A stretch of DNA of 64,000 nucleotides from Candidatus Kuenenbacteria bacterium HGW-Kuenenbacteria-1 (GCA_002839745.1 PGYQ01000002.1:21515-85514), one strand, 5' to 3'; positions 38,876 through 49,176 are shown, numbered from the stretch's first letter. Notes: a model not told the origin generated them from the letters alone. Translations and numbers: made by a program.

Positions 38876-41206
38876 TTATAAATTAGATGAATAAGATAAA
38901 GATTTTATATAATTTTCCATAAATTCCCAATCAGGTTTTTCATTTTTTGATGGGAGTTTTATAATCCTTTCTTTTAATCTTGTTTGACTAGCTTTTATTC
39001 CATAATTATATCGATATTGTTCCATATTTAAAATTGTTGTTAAAAATAAACCAATATATTTATTCAACTCAAATTTTGGTATTAATTTTTCTACATGATC
39101 ACTTGCTGAAAATCTTTTTTCTTGAAATGAACAATATCCTATAACAGCACTATCAATAGTTAAAATGTTCCCTTCTTCTGTAAAAAAATCATAAAAACCT
39201 CTCACTCCATTATTAGTTGCTTGTGTAGTAATAAAAGGATATTCTCCTTTTCCATATTCTTCTAAATCTAAAATGGAAGTTGTTTTACTTCCAGTAATTT
39301 CAAACAAATCTATTAAATTAAAATTTTTCCAATTTTTTATATTTAATTTAATATTTTCATTTTTTGAAATACTAGATTTTAAAATATTTTTATTAATAAA
39401 AATATTATTTGCTATTTCAAAGGCTAAATAATTACGAACATCTTTCTCAAAATCCTCTTTTGAAATATTTGAATAATCCGTCTCCATATAAGCTTCGGCA
39501 CACCATTCGTCGTTTGCTTTTACGACTTTATTTACACTAAGCCCTGCAATATTTTCGTGATTTTGAAAATTTACTATCCATTCTTTTTTTATTTTATTTT
39601 TAAAATTTTCAAATAAATCAATTCTTCCTTTATTTTTTCTTTTTACAAAACCATCGTTTTTATAATATCCAAAATAAGTTTTCTTTTCTGCAGGATGAGG
39701 TCTCTTTGCTGTAAAAACCATAATACAAGAAACAACATTTACTTTTGAATTAAAAAATAATTCATCTGGCATTGAAAAAACTGCTTCCAGAGTATGCTTC
39801 TCTAAAACTTTTTCTTTCCATTCATAAACTTTTCCTGTTTGAGCTAATGCACTTTGCATCGGAACAATTGCAACACATTTTCCTCCTTGTTCTAAACAAT
39901 CCAAATTATTTAAAATAAATTCAAATTCATCTATATCATTTTTTTTATCTGATTTATAAGGAGGATTGAGCAAGCCGACTGTTGGTTTAGAATTTTTAAC
40001 TTGTTTAATAATTTTTTCATCAAAACAACTTCCGTGAAAAATATTTGTTTTTCCATCTTGATGTATAAACATATTTGAACAAGCAAGAGCAAAAATATCT
40101 GCTTGATATTCAACACCAATTAATTGTTTTGTTTTTATTTCTTTTTCTTTTTCTTTATCACCTTTTGCATCTTTAATCATTAAATTCATAGATGACACAA
40201 GAAAACCACCAGTTCCAGTGCAATTATCATAAACAATACTATCTTTATTTACTTCAACAATTTCTGTCATAAATTCTGTGATATGCGGTGGAGTCAAAAC
40301 TATTCCTAAACCTTTATCACTATTTGCATATCGTAAAAATTCTACATAAAGTTGCCCAAGCACATCAAGATATTTATGATTTTTTATAAAATCTTTTATA
40401 TTTTCATTTATGTCTGTAATTATTTCAAGCAAAACATTGTGCTTATTTGAAAGACTTGTATCTGTTTTTATAAAAGAAAATTTTTGATCTAAAATAGCAA
40501 GTTTTTTTTCTCCAATTTTTCCGTTTTCAAATTCATTTCTAACAGTGGTTAATAAAAATTCTGATAATTGTTTTGGGTTAGTATAAGTTTTATATCCATC
40601 TTCAAAAGATTTATTTTCCAGAGCAATTAAAACACAAGAAAGTAATAATGCTCGATCGCTTTCTTTAACTTTATGCAAATGTAAATTATCATTAAGTTTT
40701 TTTGAAAAATCTAAAAGATTATTAAAATCTTGCCGAAACTTTTCAGGACTTTTTATATAACCTTCTAAATAATCTTTCGCTAATAATAATTTATTTGAAA
40801 AAATTTCAACAGAATTTTTTTCTCCTTTCATTTGTAAAAAATGTGAGACTTTTAATTCTTTAATATCAGCACCACTAACCGCAATTGAAATCACATCATA
40901 ATCTTTTGCTAAATAAGATGAATATAACAAAACTCCATCAACAGCATAATCTTTTGCTTCTTTTTTTGTTTCACTTTGATGTTTTAAAATATCAAATTTA
41001 CATTCAACAACAATTAAAAGATCTGAATTATTTTTGTACTGAATAATAAATTCCGGAAAACCTTTTCCGTTTCCACTTTTAGAGGCAGTATTTAATAATT
41101 TTTGAATTTTCAAATTTTTAGAAGATTGTTCTTCCAAAATAATATCATCCGAATATTTTTTAAAATGGTCTCTAACAATATTTTCTGTATCTCTTTCGTT
41201 TTTCAT
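38876..41206 (-). CDS. type IIG R-M enzyme (nuclease + N6-adenine MTase + TRD, BcgI-like)
   Basis: PEF...VVECK nuclease, VLTPPHI, DNCTGTGGFL, NPPY, C-terminal HsdS-like TRD. Confidence 0.88.
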   Translation of the reverse strand: MKNERDTENIVRDHFKKYSDDIILEEQSSKNLKIQKLLNTASKSGNGKGFPEFIIQYKNNSDLLIVVECKFDILKHQSETKKEAKDYAVDGVLLYSSYLAKDYDVISIAVSGADIKELKVSHFLQMKGEKNSVEIFSNKLLLAKDYLEGYIKSPEKFRQDFNNLLDFSKKLNDNLHLHKVKESDRALLLSCVLIALENKSFEDGYKTYTNPKQLSEFLLTTVRNEFENGKIGEKKLAILDQKFSFIKTDTSLSNKHNVLLEIITDINENIKDFIKNHKYLDVLGQLYVEFLRYANSDKGLGIVLTPPHITEFMTEIVEVNKDSIVYDNCTGTGGFLVSSMNLMIKDAKGDKEKEKEIKTKQLIGVEYQADIFALACSNMFIHQDGKTNIFHGSCFDEKIIKQVKNSKPTVGLLNPPYKSDKKNDIDEFEFILNNLDCLEQGGKCVAIVPMQSALAQTGKVYEWKEKVLEKHTLEAVFSMPDELFFNSKVNVVSCIMVFTAKRPHPAEKKTYFGYYKNDGFVKRKNKGRIDLFENFKNKIKKEWIVNFQNHENIAGLSVNKVVKANDEWCAEAYMETDYSNISKEDFEKDVRNYLAFEIANNIFINKNILKSSISKNENIKLNIKNWKNFNLIDLFEITGSKTTSILDLEEYGKGEYPFITTQATNNGVRGFYDFFTEEGNILTIDSAVIGYCSFQEKRFSASDHVEKLIPKFELNKYIGLFLTTILNMEQYRYNYGIKASQTRLKERIIKLPSKNEKPDWEFMENYIKSLSYSSNL

Positions 41207-41247
41207 ATGATTGTTTTTTATAGTTAAAAACTTCTATATTGATTATT

Positions 41248-41434
41248 TTACATCAAATTTTTAATAAAGGCAAAAAGAGTTTTGTGTTTTCAAAGGGGCT
41301 TATTATGGCTAAATTTAATTTATTGGTTTGAAAAATTTCTTTTGCCAAATAAAATCCGTATCATCTGTTTCTAAAAGTAAATTTCCTTTTAAGTATTCTT
41401 TAATTTTATTTAATTCTACTTTTGACACTTTAAT
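41248..41434 (-). repeat. duplicated 3' end of the M16 peptidase gene
   Basis: 187 bp identical to 43925-44115 except for a 4-bp TTAC indel. Confidence 0.95.
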
Positions 41435-41445
41435 GTTTATTGTGA

Positions 41446-42188
41446 CTAACGATATGTTATGGTGTATAATCCTAATATATATTCTATATGATCATCTATT
41501 AAATTAAAAAAAACAATTAATATATCTGTAGTTGTTGTTTTATATTCATCTCGATTATTTTTTAAACGCACTATATCGCTAAATCTAGTCACAACATCAT
41601 TAGGCATTCTATTTTTAATCTCATCCAAAATATCTTGACCTGTCACACAAGTTTTATAGAGAGCTTGAACAGTTAGCTTTGTAATAATAATTGCGAGATG
41701 TAAAACTCTTTCCAAAACATCAGCGTTTAAATTTTCTCTTGTCATTATTCTCATATATATATTGTAAAGATTTCCTACCTCTTTAAGGCTAAATTCCTTG
41801 ATTTGCGATTCTGAAAATTTTGGCAAGAGATTATTGTGATCGTCACATCCAAAAATTTGCTGATATCCCAAATTTACCTCTATAATTGACTGAATAATTT
41901 TGCCATCAATGGTTAATAAATTAGGATTTTCTGCATTCAAAAAATTTTTACTAATAACGACGCCACTAATCTTCAAGGCGTAATTATTTATAAGCTCATT
42001 AAAACAGCTGTTTATTTTATGTTTCTCGCCATAATTAATATTGTAAACAACAAGCACGAAGTCTATATCACTATCAATAGAAATATCTTTTCCGACACCA
42101 TAACTGCCAGCACCTATAGTATACGCAAAATTTTCACCTAATTTTTTTTAATGCGAGCAGATAGCTCCGCAAAATTTCCATCAAACAT
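41446..42188 (-). CDS. Pol-beta-superfamily nucleotidyltransferase (about 247 aa), frameshifted at an A8 run (42142-42149)
   Basis: ATG at 42188 (MFDGNFAELSARIKK); adding one A joins GENFAYTIGAGSYGVGKDISIDSDIDFVLVV (GS...DxD motif) to ORF 41446..42057. Confidence 0.7.
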
Positions 42189-42195
42189 AATTTAT

Positions 42196-43545
42196 TTACT
42201 TAAAAATTTTGGCAATCATTTTTTTCTCATCTTCAAATGAACACAGTTTTATTGCTTCATTTGGAGAGACAAGAAAAGCATCGATAAAGCCTTCGGCTAT
42301 CAGCGCCTTAAGTTTAATTTTCTTACCTTCTATAAGATATGTGCTAACCGTTTTGTTGTGAGTTGCAAAACCATATTCGGGAGTAAAGGTGTAAGAATAT
42401 TCACCGATTTTTCCTTTTACAATTCCACTTTTAAGTCCTGCTTCCTCTTTAACTTCTCGCAAAGCAGCGTCGCTAGATTTTTCTCCATAATTAACATGAC
42501 CTTTGGGTAAAAAAATACGTCCATTAGTTTTTTTAATTAAAAGAATTTTTGCACCCTCTTTATTTTTAAAATAAACAACAGCACTAGCTGATAAATGGTT
42601 AATAACCCTCTTTTGTTCCACCGCAACAGCATGTTTAACTAACTCAACTATTTGCGAGGGAGTTTGAAATGTAATGAAGTAAGATGATACCTTTTGCAAA
42701 ATTTGGTCTGTACAGGCTCTCCTGCTCAAAGCCAATCGCTTACAATCCTTCTCTATATTAAAAATTTCCGTACTATCTGTTCTTTTGATCCAACTAGCAC
42801 GATCATATTTAGGATAAAGAAATTTTGCCATATGTGAAAAGGCCAAAATATCAAGATTTGCTCTTGCCTTATTTTCTGATAAACGAACTACTTTTGGTTC
42901 TGCCTTTAGGCTGAATCTGGGATAAACAATCATTGAAAGTTGTGCCTCTAAACTTGATTTTATACCAAAATCACCCAAAGAATAAAGTCCGCGACATTTA
43001 GGATTACTATTAATTAAAATCCCACGGTTGTTAAGATCTACTAAATATTCATCACGTATATGTATCGAAAGAGTCGAGAAATCAAGTATGGCATTACTGG
43101 CAACATCATATACACTAAACTCATCACTTACATACTCATTACTTTTTAAACCCAGTTCTATAGAGGCCGTTGTCTTGCCAACATTTGTTCCATCATCACC
43201 AAATAATATAGCTTTACTCTCACACCATATGGCCGTTGAGGCATGCAAAAGAAGTTGAGGTTTATCAACAGATAAGAAATCTGCAAATCTAAATATGATT
43301 TGCATTATCATAATAGGCAAAAGATGGTCGGAACAATTATCGAGTGCTGGTCCAGCCACCACAACAGATCGACTTTTTACATTAATTATTATGGACTTTT
43401 CTTTTGCCCTCTTAAAAATAATTACTCCATCACTTTTTTCAACTGGCACAATTTTAAAAGACTTCAATATATTATTAATGACTTTTGATTCTTTTTTAAT
43501 ATCAATCTTTAAAATCACCAAACCGATTTGTATATATTTAATCAT
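42196..43545 (-). CDS. HPr-kinase-like P-loop domain fused to a C-terminal NUDIX hydrolase
   Basis: LLLHAS...GDDGTNVGKTT...YVSDE; Nudix box LPKGHVNYGEKSSDAALREVKEEAG. Confidence 0.75.
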   Translation of the reverse strand: MIKYIQIGLVILKIDIKKESKVINNILKSFKIVPVEKSDGVIIFKRAKEKSIIINVKSRSVVVAGPALDNCSDHLLPIMIMQIIFRFADFLSVDKPQLLLHASTAIWCESKAILFGDDGTNVGKTTASIELGLKSNEYVSDEFSVYDVASNAILDFSTLSIHIRDEYLVDLNNRGILINSNPKCRGLYSLGDFGIKSSLEAQLSMIVYPRFSLKAEPKVVRLSENKARANLDILAFSHMAKFLYPKYDRASWIKRTDSTEIFNIEKDCKRLALSRRACTDQILQKVSSYFITFQTPSQIVELVKHAVAVEQKRVINHLSASAVVYFKNKEGAKILLIKKTNGRIFLPKGHVNYGEKSSDAALREVKEEAGLKSGIVKGKIGEYSYTFTPEYGFATHNKTVSTYLIEGKKIKLKALIAEGFIDAFLVSPNEAIKLCSFEDEKKMIAKIFK

Positions 43546-43665
43546 ATAAATTGTAGAAGTTTTTAATGTTTTAAGGCTAAAAAAATTTTACAAATATATT
43601 TTCTTTTTATAAAATTATTCGAATAGTTGATATTAATTTTAAGTTATCAAAAAAAAGTTAGGGGG

Positions 43666-43698
43666 CGGTGCAGGTCGATGATTAGTCGACCTGCACCG
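43666..43698 (-). terminator. GC-rich hairpin directly after the small ORF
   Basis: CGGTGCAGGTCGA-tgattag-TCGACCTGCACCG, perfect 13-bp stem; T8 tract about 9 nt further on the minus strand. Confidence 0.7.
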
Positions 43699-43854
43699 TT
43701 AAAACAAGAGGGATTCGAACCTGCCAAGGTTTTCGCACAGACTTTCAGACGAGTTATTAAAAATCGGTTTAATAATAAAATTTGCTATGTCGTGGCTAAC
43801 ATATATCTCTTCACACAAAGGAATAAGCGCGATTTCTATTTTTATTTTTTGCAT
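43699..43854 (-). CDS. small ORF, 51 aa (MQKIKIEIALIPLCEEIYVSHDIANFIIKPIFNNSSESLCENLGRFESLLF)
   Basis: ATG at 43854, TAA at 43699-43701 immediately followed by the hairpin; co-oriented with the kinase-NUDIX gene; too short for the ORF track. Confidence 0.45.
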   Translation of the reverse strand: MQKIKIEIALIPLCEEIYVSHDIANFIIKPIFNNSSESLCENLGRFESLLF

Positions 43855-43860
43855 ATTATT

Positions 43861-43915
43861 TTAATAATTGTCAAAGAGGAAATATTAATTGTAAGCTGAT
43901 TTTTTTCTTGCATAA
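43861..43915 (-). repeat. duplicated 5' end of the AI-2E transporter gene
   Basis: 55 bp identical to 38808-38862 (encodes MQEKNQLTINISSLTII). Confidence 0.95.
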
Positions 43916-43929
43916 TATTTATTATTACA

Positions 43930-45102
43930 TCAAATTTTTAATAAAGGCAAAAAGAGTTTTGTGTTTTCAAAGGGGCTTATTATGGCTAAATTTAATTTAT
44001 TGGTTTGAAAAATTTCTTTTGCCTTACAAATAAAATCCGTATCATCTGTTTCTAAAAGTAAATTTCCTTTTAAGTATTCTTTAATTTTATTTAATTCTAC
44101 TTTTGACACTTTAATATTTTTTAATTTCTTAAATTCACGCAAAATTATTTTTATTGCTTGATTAATTTTATTAATATTTAATCCAGCACTCACAACCAAA
44201 GCTCCTGTTTCATTATAATAATCAATGGAAGAATAAATATAATAAGCCAATCCCCTTTTTTCTCTAATTTCCATAAAAAGCCTTGAACTCATTGTCCCAC
44301 CTAAAATAACGCTTAAAACTTGATAGACTGTCTTTTGTGGATTATTATATGAAAGATAATCTGATTTTAAACTTAAACATAAATGCGCTTGATCAGTTTC
44401 TTTTTTATATAATAAAATCTGCGGTTTTTTTTGTTGATCTTCTACTTTTTTAAATTTTTTTATAGATTTATTTTTAATTTTATTAAATATTTTCTCTACT
44501 TCTATAATTACTTGTTCATGTTTTATATCCCCTGCCACACTAATTACCATATTTGAAGGTTGATATAAATCCTTTATATAATTTATAAAATCTTCTCTTT
44601 TAATTTTTTCTATAATCTTTTTTTCTCCTAAAGGATCAAACCCTAAATTCTGTTCTTTCCACATTAATTGTTGAATCAAAGTGGAAATATAAGACTGAGG
44701 ATTATCTAAATACATATTAATTTCCTCAAGAATTACTCCTTTTTCTTTTTCAATTTCTTCTGATTTAATCAGAGAATTTAAAACTAAATCTGAAAGAAAT
44801 TCAATACCTAATTTGAAATGCTTTTTTGGCACTTTGGTCCAAAAACCCGTGTGATCAATAGAAGTAAAAGCGTTAATTTGTCCACCAACTTTTTCAATTG
44901 TTTCTGAAATTTGTTTTGCATTTGGCCTTTTTTTTGTTCCCTTAAAAAACATATGCTCTAAAAAATGTGAAATGCCATTATTATTTTTATTTTCATATCT
45001 TGATCCAGCGCCAATTAAAATAATAGAAGCGACAGATTTCATTTCTGGCATTTCACTAGTAATAATTCTCAAACCATTTTTTAAAATTGTTTTTTTAAAC
45101 AT
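43930..45102 (-). CDS. M16 family zinc peptidase
   Basis: GISHFLEHMFFKGT, NAFTS, SSRLFMEIREKRGLAY. Confidence 0.93.
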   Translation of the reverse strand: MFKKTILKNGLRIITSEMPEMKSVASIILIGAGSRYENKNNNGISHFLEHMFFKGTKKRPNAKQISETIEKVGGQINAFTSIDHTGFWTKVPKKHFKLGIEFLSDLVLNSLIKSEEIEKEKGVILEEINMYLDNPQSYISTLIQQLMWKEQNLGFDPLGEKKIIEKIKREDFINYIKDLYQPSNMVISVAGDIKHEQVIIEVEKIFNKIKNKSIKKFKKVEDQQKKPQILLYKKETDQAHLCLSLKSDYLSYNNPQKTVYQVLSVILGGTMSSRLFMEIREKRGLAYYIYSSIDYYNETGALVVSAGLNINKINQAIKIILREFKKLKNIKVSKVELNKIKEYLKGNLLLETDDTDFICKAKEIFQTNKLNLAIISPFENTKLFLPLLKI

Positions 45103-45137
45103 ATTCTAATTATTAACCTAGTTTTAATCTATTCTTT

Positions 45138-46090
45138 CTAATGATTTAATAATATTGGTGCGACAACATCATTATTTTCCACTGGTTTTTTGATGCATTG
45201 ATAACCTGCATCATGAAACCATTGATCATTTGGATAATTATAATGTTCATCATGATTATTTTTATTTGAAGTTTTAAAATTAGCGCATAATTCATATGTA
45301 TCTTCTGAAATTATTTTATATTCAACTTTTTCTTTTGTTTTTGGATTTCGTATTTCATTCTCGCTTTGAATAAATCCACCTAATAATAATTCTTCAAAAT
45401 TTTCTGGCAATTTCTTTTTAGAAAAATAATAAGAATTTATCGCTCTTTTAATATTAAAAATTTTTTCTGCAACCATATAATCTTGTTTTTTATTTCTAGT
45501 TTCTTGTGGCGATTCAACAAAAAAAATGCTACTAATTAGCGTTGCTATAATAATTAACAATGCGCCATAAAAATAAATTTGAGAAATTTTACTTTTCGTT
45601 TTTTCAACGATTTTCCGTTTAATATCATAAAAATAATAAGAAAAAACAATTCCTGAAATAATAATGGCTGTTATGGTTTTCAAAATAAATTTAATAGATA
45701 ATTCACCATTTAAAAAATTAAAAATCAATGAAATTAAATAACCAATTATTACCACCGAAGAAGCAAACAAAATAAAATAGGTTAACCATTTTCTAATGCC
45801 AGAATTTTTATCTAACAAACCTAAAAATAAATTTTTATTAATTTGCCAAGTCATAATAAAAAAAATTGGCACGCAGACAATAATTGCTGAAATGGCAAGT
45901 TTAAGAGCATCTATATCGTATTCGCTATTAAAACTTTCAGTTATATCAACAATATTTTTATTAATAATTTGAAAAATAATTATTCCGATTGATGTAGCCG
46001 TAAAACCTAAAGCCACTAAAGACAACATATAAAAAAAGTAAATTTTGCTGAATTGCTTTCTTTTTTTATTAAATCATTTTTTTCTTCCAT
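45138..46090 (-). CDS. DUF5671-like membrane protein, frameshifted at a T7 run (46031-46037)
   Basis: ATG at 46090 (MEEKNDL...AKFTFF) joins YMLSLVAL with one extra T; IRKWLTYFILF, YELCANF. Confidence 0.65.
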
Positions 46091-46155
46091 AAAATTTTAT
46101 AAATTTCTATGAGTACTATATTGACCTATAGTAAATTAAAAATTAAAACTTAAAA

Positions 46156-49100
46156 TTATTTTATTTTATATTCTTTTCTATCATAAAATTCTTCTTGTTT
46201 ACCTTCATGCCATTGTTGTATTGGTCTAATATAACCAGTAACTCGGGAATATACTTCACAATTTTTATTACATTGCGGACACTTAAAATGTTCTCCTGCA
46301 ATATAACCATGGTCAGGACAAACACTGAAAGTTGGAGTAATGGTAAAATATGGCAAATGATAATTTTCAGCAATTCGTTTAACTAATTGCTTAGTTGCTT
46401 CAACTGATGGCATTTTTTCTCCAATAAATCCATGAAAAACCGTTCCTCCTGAATATTTACATTGTAATTCATCTTGAAAATCTAAAGCTTCAAAAATATC
46501 ATCTGTATAATTTACTGGCAAATGGCTAGAATTGGTATAATAAAAAGCTTTTTCTCCTGCAGTAATTATTTTTGGATATTTTTTTTTGTCAATTTTAGCC
46601 AAACGATAAGAAGTTCCTTCAGCAGGGACTGCTTCTAAATTGTAAATATTTCCTGTTTCATTTTGAATTTCTTTCAATTTTTCTCGCATAAAATCTAAAA
46701 TTTCTAAAGCAAATTCTCTCCCCTCTTTACTGGCTATGTCTTTATTTTTGCCTAAAAAATTTAAACAAGCCTCATTAATTCCCAAAGGTCCAATGGTAGA
46801 AAAATGATGATCTAAATTTCCTAAATATCTTTTAGTATAAGGAAATAATCCATTATTTAAATTATGAGTAACTACTTTTCTTTTAATTTCTAAAGATTCT
46901 TTTGCTAAATCCATTTGTTTGGCTAATCGATCAAAAAAATCTTTTTTATCTTTTGCTAAATAACCAATGCGAGGCATATTAATAGTCACAACTCCCACCG
47001 AACCAGTTGATTCGCCAGAACCAAAAAGTCCACCTGTCTTTGCTCTTAATTGATTAAGATTCATTTGTAATCTACAACACATTGATCGAACATCGGTTGG
47101 TTTTAATTCACTATTTATAAAATTTTGGAAATATGGTATTCCATATTTGGCTGTCATTTCAAAAAGTAAATTTGTATTTGAAGTATCCCAATTAAAATCT
47201 TTAGTAATATTATATGTAGGAATTGGAAATGTAAAAACCCTCCCTTTATTATCCCCTTCTGTGGCTACTTCTATAAAAGCCCTATTTATCATATCCATTT
47301 CTTTTTGATAATCCTCATAAGTAGTTTCTTGTAATTTGCCACCAATAATTACTGGATCGTTTTTTAAATCTTCCGGCACAGTCCAATCAAAGGTTAAATT
47401 AGTAAATGGCGTATTCCCTGTTATAAAAGTTTTTCCATTTCTTCTTGCAATAAAAGTGCCATTTAAAGTAGTTGGACACCAAACTTTTCCTTTGTATTTT
47501 TTCTTTGAAATTTGAGTTATTGAAGTTATATTATTTCTAATAATATTTATAACGTAAACGCCATTTTCTCTTTGTTTAATGGTTGTTCCATAATTAGACA
47601 AAACGCATAATTCTTGTAAATCATTTTTATTTTTTTCATCTTTTGTAAATATTCTTATCCTACCTTTAAACTCTCGATGACCATCACCTTTAATATAAGT
47701 ATGAATAAAAAGTTGGATTTGATCAGCGGAAAGTGTTTTAATTAAAGAAGGTATTTCTTTTTTATTTATTATTTTTCGAATTTTTTTTGAAGATTCTTGA
47801 TTTAATCTAAATCTTAAAATTATTCCACTATTTAAAAATCCACCATTTTTTTTCATTTCATCCCATTTAAAATTCAATTTTTTTAAACAGGTTCTTATTT
47901 CATTACAATTAGCTATATTTTTTTCTGATTGAAATATATAAACTCGATCTCTATCACCATCTGAAAAACTTCCTTCAGAAACAAACCAAGCAATTATTTT
48001 TAATAAATTTTCGTCTATTTCTTTTTTTGAAACAGTTATAGATGAATTGGGTATTAAAATTGGCGTTTTAAATTTTAAAGCTTTTTCAATTTCTAATAAT
48101 TCAAACTCGCCATTATTAAATATTTTTCTGACAATTTTGTGACCAGGTGTTATTAATTGATCTTGTGTTCTATTTTTTAAATTAAATAAATAACCATTAT
48201 AATCATAAGAACAAACTCTTTCTGGTTTTAAATATTCAATTATTTTTTTTTCTAAATTAAAAGTTGCTATCTTATCTTCTTTTTTAATCTCTAAATATTT
48301 TTTCCATCCATTATCTGTTAATGCTTCTGTGTCTTCACTAACACATTGAGTCCCCCATCTAGAAGGTGCGGCAATATTAAACATAAATTTTTGAATATTT
48401 TGTTTTACTTCTTTATAAGTTAAATGATCCGCTCGCACAAATGGAGCTAAATAAGTATCAAAAGAACTAAAGGCTTGAGCCCCAGCCCATTCATTTTGTA
48501 AAATTCCCCAAAAATTTACCATTTGTCCCAAAACTGTTTCTAAATGTTTGGGTGGCGCGCATTCAATTCGATTTTCAACACCTCCCAATCCTTGCAAAAG
48601 TAATTGTCGTAAACTCCAACCAGCACAATAAGCATTTAAACCCATTGATAAATCATGAAGATGTATATCTCCCTCTTTATGAGCTTGAGCAATTTTTGCT
48701 GGATAAACATTTTCTAAAAGATAATTAGCAATAACGGACCCAGAAATATGAAGCATCAATCCTCCAAACGAATAACCAATATTGGCATTTTCTTTTACTC
48801 TCCAATCTTCTTGTTTTAAATAACCATCCATAATTTTTTCAATATCCATCATTACTCCGCCCATTTCACGCACTTTTTCTTGCTGTTTTCTATATAAAAT
48901 ATAAGCCTTTGCCACTTCAACCAAACCAGCTTTAATTAAAACCTTTTCAACAATGTCTTGGATTTCTTCAACAGTGGGAATATTTTTTGAATCAAATTGA
49001 TATTCAAGAATGGTTAATACCTTATCAGATAATTTTTTTGACTTTTTTCCATCTTTTCCTTCAATAGCAACAATGGCCTTATAAATGGCTTGAGTAATTT

Positions 49101-49176
49101 TTTCTTGATCAAATTCAACCATTCTTCCATTCCGCTTCCGAATTTTTTGTATTTTAAATTTTTTTATTTGTTTCAT
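46156..49176 (-). CDS. nrdD: class III (anaerobic) ribonucleoside-triphosphate reductase with ATP cone and intein
   Basis: ATP cone, IHLHDL, YCAGW, RSMCCRL, glycyl-radical motif YSRVTGY, CxxH/CxxC zinc site. Confidence 0.95.
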   Translation of the reverse strand: MKQIKKFKIQKIRKRNGRMVEFDQEKITQAIYKAIVAIEGKDGKKSKKLSDKVLTILEYQFDSKNIPTVEEIQDIVEKVLIKAGLVEVAKAYILYRKQQEKVREMGGVMMDIEKIMDGYLKQEDWRVKENANIGYSFGGLMLHISGSVIANYLLENVYPAKIAQAHKEGDIHLHDLSMGLNAYCAGWSLRQLLLQGLGGVENRIECAPPKHLETVLGQMVNFWGILQNEWAGAQAFSSFDTYLAPFVRADHLTYKEVKQNIQKFMFNIAAPSRWGTQCVSEDTEALTDNGWKKYLEIKKEDKIATFNLEKKIIEYLKPERVCSYDYNGYLFNLKNRTQDQLITPGHKIVRKIFNNGEFELLEIEKALKFKTPILIPNSSITVSKKEIDENLLKIIAWFVSEGSFSDGDRDRVYIFQSEKNIANCNEIRTCLKKLNFKWDEMKKNGGFLNSGIILRFRLNQESSKKIRKIINKKEIPSLIKTLSADQIQLFIHTYIKGDGHREFKGRIRIFTKDEKNKNDLQELCVLSNYGTTIKQRENGVYVINIIRNNITSITQISKKKYKGKVWCPTTLNGTFIARRNGKTFITGNTPFTNLTFDWTVPEDLKNDPVIIGGKLQETTYEDYQKEMDMINRAFIEVATEGDNKGRVFTFPIPTYNITKDFNWDTSNTNLLFEMTAKYGIPYFQNFINSELKPTDVRSMCCRLQMNLNQLRAKTGGLFGSGESTGSVGVVTINMPRIGYLAKDKKDFFDRLAKQMDLAKESLEIKRKVVTHNLNNGLFPYTKRYLGNLDHHFSTIGPLGINEACLNFLGKNKDIASKEGREFALEILDFMREKLKEIQNETGNIYNLEAVPAEGTSYRLAKIDKKKYPKIITAGEKAFYYTNSSHLPVNYTDDIFEALDFQDELQCKYSGGTVFHGFIGEKMPSVEATKQLVKRIAENYHLPYFTITPTFSVCPDHGYIAGEHFKCPQCNKNCEVYSRVTGYIRPIQQWHEGKQEEFYDRKEYKIK
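47413..48345 (-). mobile_element. intein with LAGLIDADG homing endonuclease (311 aa)
   Basis: RWGTQ|CVSEDTE ... ITPGH ... FITGN|TPFTN; blocks IIAWFVSEGS and FIHTYIKGDG. Confidence 0.92.

Noticed and set aside
43708-43724. GGTTCGAATCCC on the minus strand as a tRNA fragment or att site
   Set aside because: The T-stem does not pair, there is no acceptor end, and it falls within the small ORF.
41446-43854. Canonical lasso peptide cluster or CBASS
   Set aside because: No lasso cyclase, protease or RRE gene; the NTase is short and no known CBASS effector is adjacent.
43627-43899. 90-aa plus-strand ORF
   Set aside because: Antisense to the small ORF, hairpin and AI-2E duplicate; TTG start; no motifs.
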